From a virus: a DNA stretch of 56,713 nucleotides. Numbering within the stretch: position 1 is the stretch's first letter; every line of letters starts with the position of its first letter. A program made the position numbers and the translations under genes. Below the pieces are notes generated by a model. It was not told the origin of the DNA. It did not search any database and saw nothing but the letters and a program-made list of their open reading frames with translations. Positions 1-7,024 of the stretch are shown here, piece by piece. The DNA lies in the IMG/VR virus record IMGVR_UViG_3300037722_000354, positions 1-56,713 of that record; one strand, given 5' to 3'.

Positions 1-127
1 GGCTGAGGGTGTGGAAATACGCCCGGACGGTACGATTCTGGTTCGCTTGTCCCCGATCCCCACAGTGCCGGAGGCCGAGGATCAGGCTACAGCCGAGCGG
101 GAGGTCGTACTATGACCGAAATGCCCC
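1..127. repeat. 127-bp terminal direct repeat, copy 1 (identical to 56587-56713); circular-closure overlap
   Basis: Read directly: bases 1-127 equal bases 56587-56713. The repeat runs through the 3' end of ORF 56519-56701 and the integrase start codon. Unique genome length is 56,586 bp. Confidence 0.9.
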
Positions 128-1182
128 GCCCGCGCCCGCCCCATCTTCACAGCGAACGCACGCGCCATGGAAGGCTTGTCTGGTACGTCCGCATAGGGAA
201 AGGGCCGAGAATCAGGATCAGGGCCGAATACGGCTCGCCATCGTTCGATGCTCAGTACAAGGCCGCGATTGACGGTGTGCCACTGTTCACCGGCAAGGCC
301 GCGAACGGCACCCTGGAATGGCTAATCGACCGCTATCGGGAAACGTCCGCATGGCAGGATTTATCGCTCGCCACGCGACGGCAGAGGGATAATATATTTC
401 AGGGGGTTCTGAAGACTGCCGCAAAAGAGGCGATCCAGTTCGTTTCCAAGCAAACGATCACAGCCGCCCGCGAACGGCGGTCTAGCACCCCGGCGCAAGC
501 CCGAAACTTCCTCGATGCTATGCGTGGCCTATTTCGATGGGCAATGGACGCCGATCTCGTCAAGTCAGACCCGACTCTGGGCGTGAAAAACCCTACCAGA
601 AACACGGGGCCGGGCTTCGAGGTTTGGACCGAAGAAGAAGTGGATTCTTATCAAAATCGCTGGCCAATCGGGACAAAAGAGCGCGTCTGGATTGATGTTC
701 TGCTATATTCCGGGCTGCGTCGTGGCGATGCGGTTCGCCTTGGAAAGCAACATGTCCGCGACGGTGCGGCAACTATCGCAACGGAAAAAAGCAAAGGGCA
801 AATCAAGGTGACTATCCCCCTCCTGCCCGTGCTTGCGGAAACCCTCAGGGCTGGCCCGTGCGGCGATCTGGCGTTTATTTGTGGGGACCGCAAACAACCG
901 CTCACGAAGGAATCCTTCGGCAATATGTTCCGCGTTGCGTGCCGTGCTGCGGGTGTAAAAAAGTCGGCACATGGCATTCGCAAAGTCGGGGCAACCCGAG
1001 CTGCGGAGAACGGGGCTACAGTCGCGGAATTGGAGGCGTTGTTTGGTTGGACAGGTGGCGGGATGGCCGCGCTATATACGCGCGCAGCAAATCGCGCCCA
1101 TTTGGCAAAAGGCGCGGTTCACAAGTTAATCAAGCGGGAAGACAATGCGACGCAAGCGGAAGCTGGGAAGACACGTTCATAG
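112..1182 (+). CDS. int: Tyrosine recombinase (phage integrase)
   Basis: 356 aa. The C-terminal catalytic region HGIRKVGATRAAENGAT...LFGWTGGGMAALYTRAA shows the His-x-x-Arg box and terminal Tyr region of tyrosine integrases. ATGA overlap with the upstream small ORF across the circular junction. Confidence 0.9.
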   Translation: MTEMPRPRPPHLHSERTRHGRLVWYVRIGKGPRIRIRAEYGSPSFDAQYKAAIDGVPLFTGKAANGTLEWLIDRYRETSAWQDLSLATRRQRDNIFQGVLKTAAKEAIQFVSKQTITAARERRSSTPAQARNFLDAMRGLFRWAMDADLVKSDPTLGVKNPTRNTGPGFEVWTEEEVDSYQNRWPIGTKERVWIDVLLYSGLRRGDAVRLGKQHVRDGAATIATEKSKGQIKVTIPLLPVLAETLRAGPCGDLAFICGDRKQPLTKESFGNMFRVACRAAGVKKSAHGIRKVGATRAAENGATVAELEALFGWTGGGMAALYTRAANRAHLAKGAVHKLIKREDNATQAEAGKTRS

Positions 1183-1813
1183 CGAAGTGACGCGACACGG
1201 CCAGCGCGTGTTCTATTATCGCGTAGGCGGGGGAGCGCGCATTCGCCTTCCTGATGATTGCAATAGTCAGGACTTTCGTGACGCCGTGCGTCAGGTTCGG
1301 GAAAGCGGCAAAATGAGGGGTGCCACTGCCCTACCTCCAATTGAGGCGATGGGACGAACGAAGCTCGAAACAGCAATCGTTAATATTGTTCGTGGGGCCA
1401 GAAGCCGCGCAAAACTAAAGGCGGTCCCGTTTGATCTTGATATTGAGTGGGCGCTGGACCTCGCCAGGAGTCAGAACTTTTGCTGCGCTCTGACAAGGAT
1501 ACCGTTCTCAGTTGACCGGCCCCGCGCCAACACGCGGATTGGCCCGTTCGCCCCCTCATTCGATAGGATCGAGCCGCACCTTGGCTACACCAAGGAAAAC
1601 GTCCGGCTGGTCGTCTTTGCCCTCAATGTCATGTTCATGGACTGGGGGCAGGAAGTCTTTGAACGCGTCGTGAACCGATACCGGCGCAACAAGGGGGAGA
1701 AGAACCGCGCTCTATTCCCTCACTTGTCGCAGGAAGTGCGGGCCGCACGCCGAGTTTCCAAGTTAAAACAACGGGATAGGACGGTGATGGTGCGGCCGAG
1801 AGAGGTCGCATAA
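1145..1813 (+). CDS. Integrase-N-terminus-like domain fused to a His-Me-finger/endonuclease-VII-like region (possible directionality factor or att-targeted nuclease)
   Basis: 222 aa. Its N-terminus HVHSEVTRHGQRVFYYRVGGGARIRL parallels the integrase HLHSERTRHGRLVWYVRIGKGPRIRI. C-terminal motif CCALTRIPF...PSFDRIEPHLGYTKENVRLVVFALN. Overlaps the int 3' end by 38 nt. Confidence 0.55.
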   Translation: MRRKRKLGRHVHSEVTRHGQRVFYYRVGGGARIRLPDDCNSQDFRDAVRQVRESGKMRGATALPPIEAMGRTKLETAIVNIVRGARSRAKLKAVPFDLDIEWALDLARSQNFCCALTRIPFSVDRPRANTRIGPFAPSFDRIEPHLGYTKENVRLVVFALNVMFMDWGQEVFERVVNRYRRNKGEKNRALFPHLSQEVRAARRVSKLKQRDRTVMVRPREVA

Positions 1814-1954
1814 ATACCAAAAACCCCTATAGAATAGGGCTTAAAACCAAAGGTGCGGGAATTAAGTGCCATCCGCAGCCATTAGGTTATTTTGAGCCCC
1901 GCCCGCACCCCACCCACATCGTCTGCCCGCCCTGTGAGAGAAGGATTATAGACT

Positions 1955-2461
1955 ATGAACGCCAACCGAGCCGATAGCGTCACCAGTACGCCAAGGGGAG
2001 AGCAAGGTGCTCGCGTTATCGTTTGCGGCGGGCGATGGTTTACCGATGTGCCATTACTTTTTGAGACGCTGGACCGTCAACACCAGTTGACGCCAATGGC
2101 TATGCTTGCCGAGGGCGCGTCAGACGACGTGACCGGCCCGTATGTTGGGGCAGATTATTGGGCGCGCATTTGGGCGGTAGCGCGCGGCGTGCCTCGCGTG
2201 AGTTTTCATGCCGATTGGAAAACACAATTTCGGGCGGCTGGCCCTATCCGTAATAAACGAATGTTGGACGATGTGAGGCCGTCACTTGTAGTCGCGTTTG
2301 AGGGCGGGCGCGGCACAGATAGTATGGTTTCATTGGCCGAAAAAACTACGGCTGCTATCTTGCGCGTTTCCGCTCACGATGGGCAATGCGCTGAAGTACG
2401 ACGCGCGGTAAGAGAGCGCGAGGCACACCGCCCAAGTACTGAAGGCGCGAAGCCAGAATAA
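1955..2461 (+). CDS. SLOG-superfamily DUF2493-like protein
   Basis: 168 aa. Motifs VIVCGGRWFTD...AEGASDD...GADYWARIWA...HADWKTQFRAAGPIRNKRML...VVAFEGGRGTDSMV match the DUF2493 pattern (GGR.f.D ... GA ... AdW ... AGp.RN ... GG.GT). Confidence 0.7.
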   Translation: MNANRADSVTSTPRGEQGARVIVCGGRWFTDVPLLFETLDRQHQLTPMAMLAEGASDDVTGPYVGADYWARIWAVARGVPRVSFHADWKTQFRAAGPIRNKRMLDDVRPSLVVAFEGGRGTDSMVSLAEKTTAAILRVSAHDGQCAEVRRAVREREAHRPSTEGAKPE

Positions 2462-2488
2462 ATGGGCTGCTAGTTCAAGGAGATTTAA

Positions 2489-2743
2489 ATGAGCGACGAG
2501 GACAAACTTGAAGTCGAGGCTAGGAGCATCATTGAAATGTTCTTGCTGTCTTCCTTTCTCAATGCAAGGGGCGAGCATCCTGAATGGCTTGCAGCCGACT
2601 CCCACGAACTAATGGCAGTTCTTTGGCAAGGCGGGTTTAAGATAGTCAAACGCGATGACTACGCGGAATGCGCTGAAATGCGAGCGCATATGGCTGAGTG
2701 TCTGGAAGACTACAAAGCCGACGCTGGGCTGCTAGTCCAATGA
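2489..2743 (+). CDS. Hypothetical protein (moron island)
   Basis: 84-aa ORF with GGAG-type RBS (caaggagatttaaATG). Lies where the local GC drop begins. No recognisable motif. Confidence 0.5.
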   Translation: MSDEDKLEVEARSIIEMFLLSSFLNARGEHPEWLAADSHELMAVLWQGGFKIVKRDDYAECAEMRAHMAECLEDYKADAGLLVQ

Positions 2744-2770
2744 TCTTACTCAGTGCATGGAGCAATGAAG

Positions 2771-2953
2771 ATGGCTGTGAAGGATAATACGAAAACAGAA
2801 AAGCATAATGATATTGTTGCCCGCCTTCGTTCACTTTACGCAGAGTGGGGAATTGGCCAACATGGTCCAGAAATTCTTAGAGAAGCGGCAGACGAAATAA
2901 TTGCACTCCGCAGGAGCAATTCTGATGAGACTAGAAGTAATTCGCGAATTTGA
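2771..2953 (+). CDS. Hypothetical protein (moron island)
   Basis: ORF 2753-2953. The ATG at 2771 has the best GGAG spacing, but the start is uncertain. AT-rich relative to the genome. Confidence 0.4.
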   Translation: MAVKDNTKTEKHNDIVARLRSLYAEWGIGQHGPEILREAADEIIALRRSNSDETRSNSRI

Positions 2954-3305
2954 ATCCATTGCTGCCGAGTCATGTATTGCTGAAGAATTTCAGCAAAACG
3001 ATCCGACCCACCGAGCATGTCTATATCTTTTACTCGCCGCATTTATTGATTCAAACGTCAAGCGTCTAAAAATGTTGCCGCAATTCAGTAGACAGGAATT
3101 ATTGCGGTTTAGTGTACTCGCGAGAGAATATGGAATGGTCCGTCGCTTTCCACAAGGACGACGATTGATAGACTTTGAGCGATGGAATGAACCACTGCAA
3201 TTTATGTTAGACGCAATGCTTTTGTCTGAATTTCTTGTAGCGAGAAATATCAACCTCGAACTATCTTGCTGGGAATACGAACTACATAGAGATTATGCGG
3301 ATTAA
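2925..3305 (+). CDS. Hypothetical protein (moron island)
   Basis: ORF 2901-3305. The ATG at 2925 is preceded by AGGAG. 126 aa, AT-rich, no recognisable motif. Confidence 0.5.
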   Translation: MRLEVIREFESIAAESCIAEEFQQNDPTHRACLYLLLAAFIDSNVKRLKMLPQFSRQELLRFSVLAREYGMVRRFPQGRRLIDFERWNEPLQFMLDAMLLSEFLVARNINLELSCWEYELHRDYAD

Positions 3306-3314
3306 TCCTTCAAA

Positions 3315-3330
3315 CCCCCCACCCCCCCCC
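3315..3330. repeat. Homopolymeric C6-A-C9 tract
   Basis: Read directly: ccccccaccccccccc, located 37 nt upstream of the ATG at 3367. Confidence 0.95.
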
Positions 3331-3366
3331 ATAAGGCTTTGCGCTAGGAGAGAAGGAGAAGGAAAG

Positions 3367-3576
3367 ATGATGACCGCCACACAGTTCGTCGTTCAAATGG
3401 CCGTTCATGTCGGTGTTGGAGGCAACATGCAGGCGCGTGACGCGCTGCCGCTTGCGAGCGGGGCATACCGGGAATTTCTTGCCGACGAAAAGATTGAGTT
3501 CGGCGCACACGGCTACGACTGGACGAAAAGCGGAGCCCGAACCCTCGCTGAGGATTATGTCCTCGCCAACTTATAG
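3367..3576 (+). CDS. Hypothetical protein
   Basis: ATGATG start preceded by ggagagaaggagaaggaaag. 69 aa. The longer ORF from 3295 would read through the poly-C tract as poly-Pro. Confidence 0.55.
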   Translation: MMTATQFVVQMAVHVGVGGNMQARDALPLASGAYREFLADEKIEFGAHGYDWTKSGARTLAEDYVLANL

Positions 3577-3577
3577 G

Positions 3578-4078
3578 CTAACCCCTCAATTCCTCAATCT
3601 TCTTCTGCGTCAGGGGCACGATCTCAAACGGTACTTCCGGGCTTTGAATAATCAGCGGGAATACCGTATGCGTCCAACCGCAACTGTACTGAATCGACGA
3701 ACGATAGATCGCGCGCCCCCATGCCGCAGCAGGCGGAATGGTTATCGTCGAACGCCATTCGTCCAAGCCTGTTGTGAAGCTGGTCGGGCCTGAAACGCGA
3801 TCAAGACGAAATACCGTATTGGCTGAATCCACAATCTCTCTTGAGATTGTCGCCGGGCAAACATGGCGGCGCTCGGCGGACCATTTGATTGTGAGAGCGC
3901 CCGCTTCATTGACGCGGTGCGGATCAGCCACACCGCGCAGACTGTCCACGTCGATTGCCGGAACGCGGTCAACGGTAATCAGCGTATAGATCGACAGCAC
4001 GGCCAGCGGGACAAGCACCCACGGTAGCACATGCTCAATGGCGATACGGCGGACGGCGGAACTTGCGAGCGGTTGCAT
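3578..4078 (-). CDS. Membrane-anchored hypothetical protein (last gene of the late/lysis array)
   Basis: 166 aa with an N-terminal hydrophobic helix (VLPWVLVPLAVLSIYTLITV). Tightly packed behind the upstream gene. Confidence 0.55.
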   Translation of the reverse strand: MQPLASSAVRRIAIEHVLPWVLVPLAVLSIYTLITVDRVPAIDVDSLRGVADPHRVNEAGALTIKWSAERRHVCPATISREIVDSANTVFRLDRVSGPTSFTTGLDEWRSTITIPPAAAWGRAIYRSSIQYSCGWTHTVFPLIIQSPEVPFEIVPLTQKKIEELRG

Positions 4079-4080
4079 AA

Positions 4081-4359
4081 CTATGGCCCTCTATGGAATA
4101 TCCAGCCGATCAGCCCCACGAGGTCGTTCCTCAACGCCGCCAATATGCCAATCGTTCCGGCAGCTCCGGCAAACACTTTCCAGACCATTCTTCTGGCTCG
4201 GCCCCATTGTTCCTTGCCCTTAACAAACTCGATAACGGCGTGCAGTTCCTTTCTGCTCACTTTGTATTCGTGCATAATACGGCGTAAAAGCTGCACTTCA
4301 TGGGGCTGAAATTCCCCGGTTGGCAGGGCGTCCGCCTCGTGTCCATTATTGTCCGCCAT
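4081..4359 (-). CDS. Small membrane protein
   Basis: Internal ATG at 4359 preceded by agaaagagg. 92 aa with a C-terminal TM helix (VFAGAAGTIGILAALRNDLVGLIGWIF). Confidence 0.5.
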   Translation of the reverse strand: MADNNGHEADALPTGEFQPHEVQLLRRIMHEYKVSRKELHAVIEFVKGKEQWGRARRMVWKVFAGAAGTIGILAALRNDLVGLIGWIFHRGP

Positions 4360-4447
4360 CGCGAGACCTCTTTCTCGTGTTGGCCGGGCGGCTAATACCG
4401 TCCGGGGGCGGCGGGTGTCGTAGCATCCGCTGCCCTGCTCCTGAAAC

Positions 4448-4972
4448 TCACGCCGCCAACAAACGCTCATGTAAATCAGCGATAGCCAAATGCGGCTCTA
4501 TATCGTTGTCCAACGTCAGATGGCTGTGATTGACAGGAATGTTCTTGACGATGGTGTTCGGACTTTCCGCTTCATACATTCCGCCACCAAGCCCGCCACC
4601 TGGAATATAAATAGCCTTCGCCAGCTTCACATTGGCGGGCACTTTGGTAAGCCGATATTCAGAAAGGTTCGCTGCCGGATTGCTAGCAGGATCGAAGCCG
4701 ATGATCGCTGCTATTTCTCTCCCCGCAAGACGCGCAAGCGTTGGCAGAATTGATCCGCCGAGACTATGGCCGATTGGCACAATGTCCTCAGTCTGTGGCC
4801 GCTTGAGAATGTCCTCAAGCACTTCGCGCCACTCATGATGCGATGCGACCATGACGCGACCGCCCAGCTTACGCAGCCGGTTGGCGAGATCGACCGTGAT
4901 TCCTTCCGACGCACTGGACTCGGGATTGCGGAAGCTGAGCCCGGCAATGATGTAGGTGCTGACAGCACTCAT
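4448..4972 (-). CDS. Small alpha/beta-hydrolase-like protein (esterase/lipase nucleophile elbow)
   Basis: 174 aa with a G-H-S-L-G-G nucleophile-elbow motif (VPIGHSLGGSIL). 4-nt overlap with the upstream lipoprotein gene. Sits inside the lysis cassette. Confidence 0.55.
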   Translation of the reverse strand: MSAVSTYIIAGLSFRNPESSASEGITVDLANRLRKLGGRVMVASHHEWREVLEDILKRPQTEDIVPIGHSLGGSILPTLARLAGREIAAIIGFDPASNPAANLSEYRLTKVPANVKLAKAIYIPGGGLGGGMYEAESPNTIVKNIPVNHSHLTLDNDIEPHLAIADLHERLLAA

Positions 4973-5268
4973 TTACCCCTCCCGATGGCCCGTTGCTCAT
5001 TTACAAGGCCCTTGATCGCGGTCAGGTCCACAGCCGTATGCGAGGGTTTTGCGCAGATAACCTTGGCCTTGTTCTGCACGGTGTTTGCCTTGCTTATGTC
5101 CGCAGACGGGCAAGACTTGATCGCGCAGAAATCCATGTGGCCGTCATAGGCCGCACGGCTTTGGATACAGTAGCTTGGAACGTCTTCCCCAAGCTGCCTA
5201 ACTGGCGGCTGGCCCGCACAGGACGCGACAACAAGCGCAAACGCCAGAATAATCAGCGCACGTTTCAT
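4969..5268 (-). CDS. Lipoprotein (spanin-like candidate)
   Basis: 99 aa. Signal peptide plus lipobox MKRALIILAFALVVAS-C. Confidence 0.6.
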   Translation of the reverse strand: MKRALIILAFALVVASCAGQPPVRQLGEDVPSYCIQSRAAYDGHMDFCAIKSCPSADISKANTVQNKAKVICAKPSHTAVDLTAIKGLVNEQRAIGRGK

Positions 5269-5271
5269 TGG

Positions 5272-5463
5272 TCAGTCCTTTGGATCGAGGCGGTTGTCGA
5301 ATGTCTTGCGCCCGGTTTCAGTCCAGCCCTCGGCGTCTTTCTTTTCCTCAGGACGTGGCGTAGTGAAAAACTTGGCGAGGAAGCCGAGGATCGACTTGAC
5401 CCACGGCTTCTCAAGCAAGGGCTTAAGCTTCTTGTATAGTTTGAGCGCTTCGAGGATGGTCAC
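5272..5463 (-). CDS. Small hypothetical protein of the lysis cassette
   Basis: A GTG at 5463 forms a GTGA overlap with the stop of the holin-like gene. 63 aa with an amphipathic segment PWVKSILGFLAKFF. Start uncertain (the ORF extends to 5502). Confidence 0.4.
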   Translation of the reverse strand: MTILEALKLYKKLKPLLEKPWVKSILGFLAKFFTTPRPEEKKDAEGWTETGRKTFDNRLDPKD

Positions 5464-5642
5464 TTCGCGCTCAACGGAACGGTCGTAACCTTGCGCAGCC
5501 ATGCACCGATGAAGCCGATGGCTACTACGGCGGGACCTGCGTACGTCTCGCCAACAACATCGATGAGGTTCGCGGTTTCAAGCACGCCAAACGCGGCGAG
5601 TATCATATTGAACAGAATCGTTTTGCTTTTGAGCCAGTTCAT
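5460..5642 (-). CDS. Holin-like two-TM protein
   Basis: 60 aa, MNWLKSKTILFNMILAAFGVLETANLIDVVGETYAGPAVVAIGFIGAWLRK, with two hydrophobic helices. GGAGA RBS. Lies two genes downstream of the endolysin gene, separated from it by the lipoprotein gene 5683-5952. Confidence 0.55.
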   Translation of the reverse strand: MNWLKSKTILFNMILAAFGVLETANLIDVVGETYAGPAVVAIGFIGAWLRKVTTVPLSAK

Positions 5643-5682
5643 TGTCGTCTCCATTGAAAAACTCGCTTCCGGCGAGCGCGGT

Positions 5683-5952
5683 TTAATCGCGTGCGACCCT
5701 TGCAGCTTCGATTGCAGCCTTGATCTGGTCGAGCGTTCCGCCTTCGGCGCAAACCTTCTGCACCTTGCCGTGGAACGAAAAGGCATTGGCGACCTGTGCA
5801 TCCGTGCGGCGCGGGGCGACAAGAAGCATGTACGCCGCGTGCAATCTGTCTTCCGAGCGGCAAAGTTGTTCTGCGCTTGAAAATAATTTATCGGTGATGG
5901 CGCAGCCACCGAGTACAAACGCAAGCGCGCCCGCAAGTGCGAGTTTTCGCAT
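5683..5952 (-). CDS. Lipoprotein
   Basis: 89 aa. Signal peptide plus lipobox MRKLALAGALAFVLGG-C. Confidence 0.6.
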   Translation of the reverse strand: MRKLALAGALAFVLGGCAITDKLFSSAEQLCRSEDRLHAAYMLLVAPRRTDAQVANAFSFHGKVQKVCAEGGTLDQIKAAIEAARVARD

Positions 5953-5975
5953 TTCATTCTCCGTTGGTTGTTAAA

Positions 5976-6494
5976 TCAGGCCAGCGCCTTCGCGCTCTTG
6001 CGCACGCCAGCAACACGGTTCGTCCAGCCCTTGCCGAACGAACGCCAATGCCGAAGCGAACGCAGGAACGCCATGCGGCGGTCGAGCATGTAATCGACAA
6101 GTTTCTTTTGATCGGGAAACAGTAACGCGGCCTTGAGCGTGATCGGGCCTAGCTGGCCGTCATCGTCAACACCAAGAGCGCGTTGCAGCCATTTGATCGA
6201 CTGGCGCGGGCCTGAGTTCACAGCCCCATCGAACACGGCATAATCGACGCCGGACGGAAGCTGGTCGCCTTTGATTGCATCCCAATATTGCAGTTTATAG
6301 ATCGTGCGGATTTCATCATCGGAGATATGCTTGACCGATTGCATCTTGAGACCGCGCTTCTGGCGATAGATGTTATAAACGCGCTGGATTACGCCTTTCA
6401 TGGTCGCGCCGCCCGGATCGTCGGGATGATTCGACCAGCCGCCCTCGTGCTTCAAGACAGCCGCAAGCGCGCTCTCGAAATTCTTCGAGGCCAT
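5976..6494 (-). CDS. Endolysin, glycoside hydrolase family 108 (N-acetylmuramidase) with a C-terminal peptidoglycan-binding region
   Basis: 172 aa. N-terminal LKHEGGWSNHPDDPGGATMKGV is the GH108 signature (EGG...DPGG.T..G). C-terminal LQRALGVDDDGQLGPITL resembles a PG-binding repeat. Confidence 0.9.
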   Translation of the reverse strand: MASKNFESALAAVLKHEGGWSNHPDDPGGATMKGVIQRVYNIYRQKRGLKMQSVKHISDDEIRTIYKLQYWDAIKGDQLPSGVDYAVFDGAVNSGPRQSIKWLQRALGVDDDGQLGPITLKAALLFPDQKKLVDYMLDRRMAFLRSLRHWRSFGKGWTNRVAGVRKSAKALA

Positions 6495-6517
6495 ATCTCT
6501 CTCCGATGTCTAGTGAG

Positions 6518-7024
6518 TCAGGAACTGCCTTCAGGCGTCACAAAGCAGAACGGAACAATGGGGGCTTTGTTCGTTCGCTTCGCAGCGCATACATGCGCAA
6601 TACCGCTCGGGCTTGTGACGTTGCGCTTAATGCGGCTTTCGGGGATCGGATCGTATTGGCCGTCGATCAGCGCGAACCATTGCCCGTCACGAAACTTCGC
6701 AAGCGTCGGCCTGCAATCGCCGTTGCAGCACGATATGCTCGGTTCGTATGGGCGCTTGAGCGATAAGCCGTTCTCTCCGGTCTGATACCAATGATGCCAT
6801 TGGGCGTGGCCTATTCCGAAGTCGCCTATCTGGCCTTCCTGCGCACTACCCGACTTCGGGACCATGATCGCGGACAGTATGAATGCGGCCAGCGCAAAGG
6901 ATAAAACGGCTAGCAATAGCAGGCACGCCTTGCCGACGAGCGAGGCGAACGAACGCCGTGGCGTTTTCAGTTCTTTGGCAATGCGCGATCCATAGTTACG
7001 ATAGCGATGCTCGGGATTGTCCAT
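6518..7024 (-). CDS. Membrane-anchored Cys-rich hypothetical protein
   Basis: 168 aa. TM helix CLLLLAVLSFALAAFILSAIMV, then a Cys-rich domain (SCCNGDCRP...HVCAAK...PFCF). Confidence 0.55.
   Translation of the reverse strand: MDNPEHRYRNYGSRIAKELKTPRRSFASLVGKACLLLLAVLSFALAAFILSAIMVPKSGSAQEGQIGDFGIGHAQWHHWYQTGENGLSLKRPYEPSISCCNGDCRPTLAKFRDGQWFALIDGQYDPIPESRIKRNVTSPSGIAHVCAAKRTNKAPIVPFCFVTPEGSS

Noticed and set aside
1-127. The 127-bp terminal repeat as a T7-style physical direct terminal repeat or as attL/attR.
   Set aside because: It lies inside coding sequence, across the small-ORF/int junction. It is exact and has a length characteristic of assembly k-mer overlap. No flanking host DNA is present, so this is not an integrated prophage. 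Physical termini cannot be excluded without read data.
1814-1954. Non-coding stretch after the int module as attP, and the weak hairpin CCCTAT-aga-ATAGGG (1825-1839) as a terminator.
   Set aside because: The location is plausible for attP, but I found no tRNA-like 3' fragment or clear core or arm repeats. The hairpin has only 6 AT-containing base pairs. The evidence is insufficient to annotate either.
5643-5957. N-terminal 105-aa extension of the holin-like ORF (ORF track 5460-5957).
   Set aside because: The extension is Arg-rich and overlaps the well-formed lipoprotein gene 5683-5952 in another frame. An internal ATG at 5642 with a GGAGA RBS gives a typical 60-aa two-TM protein.
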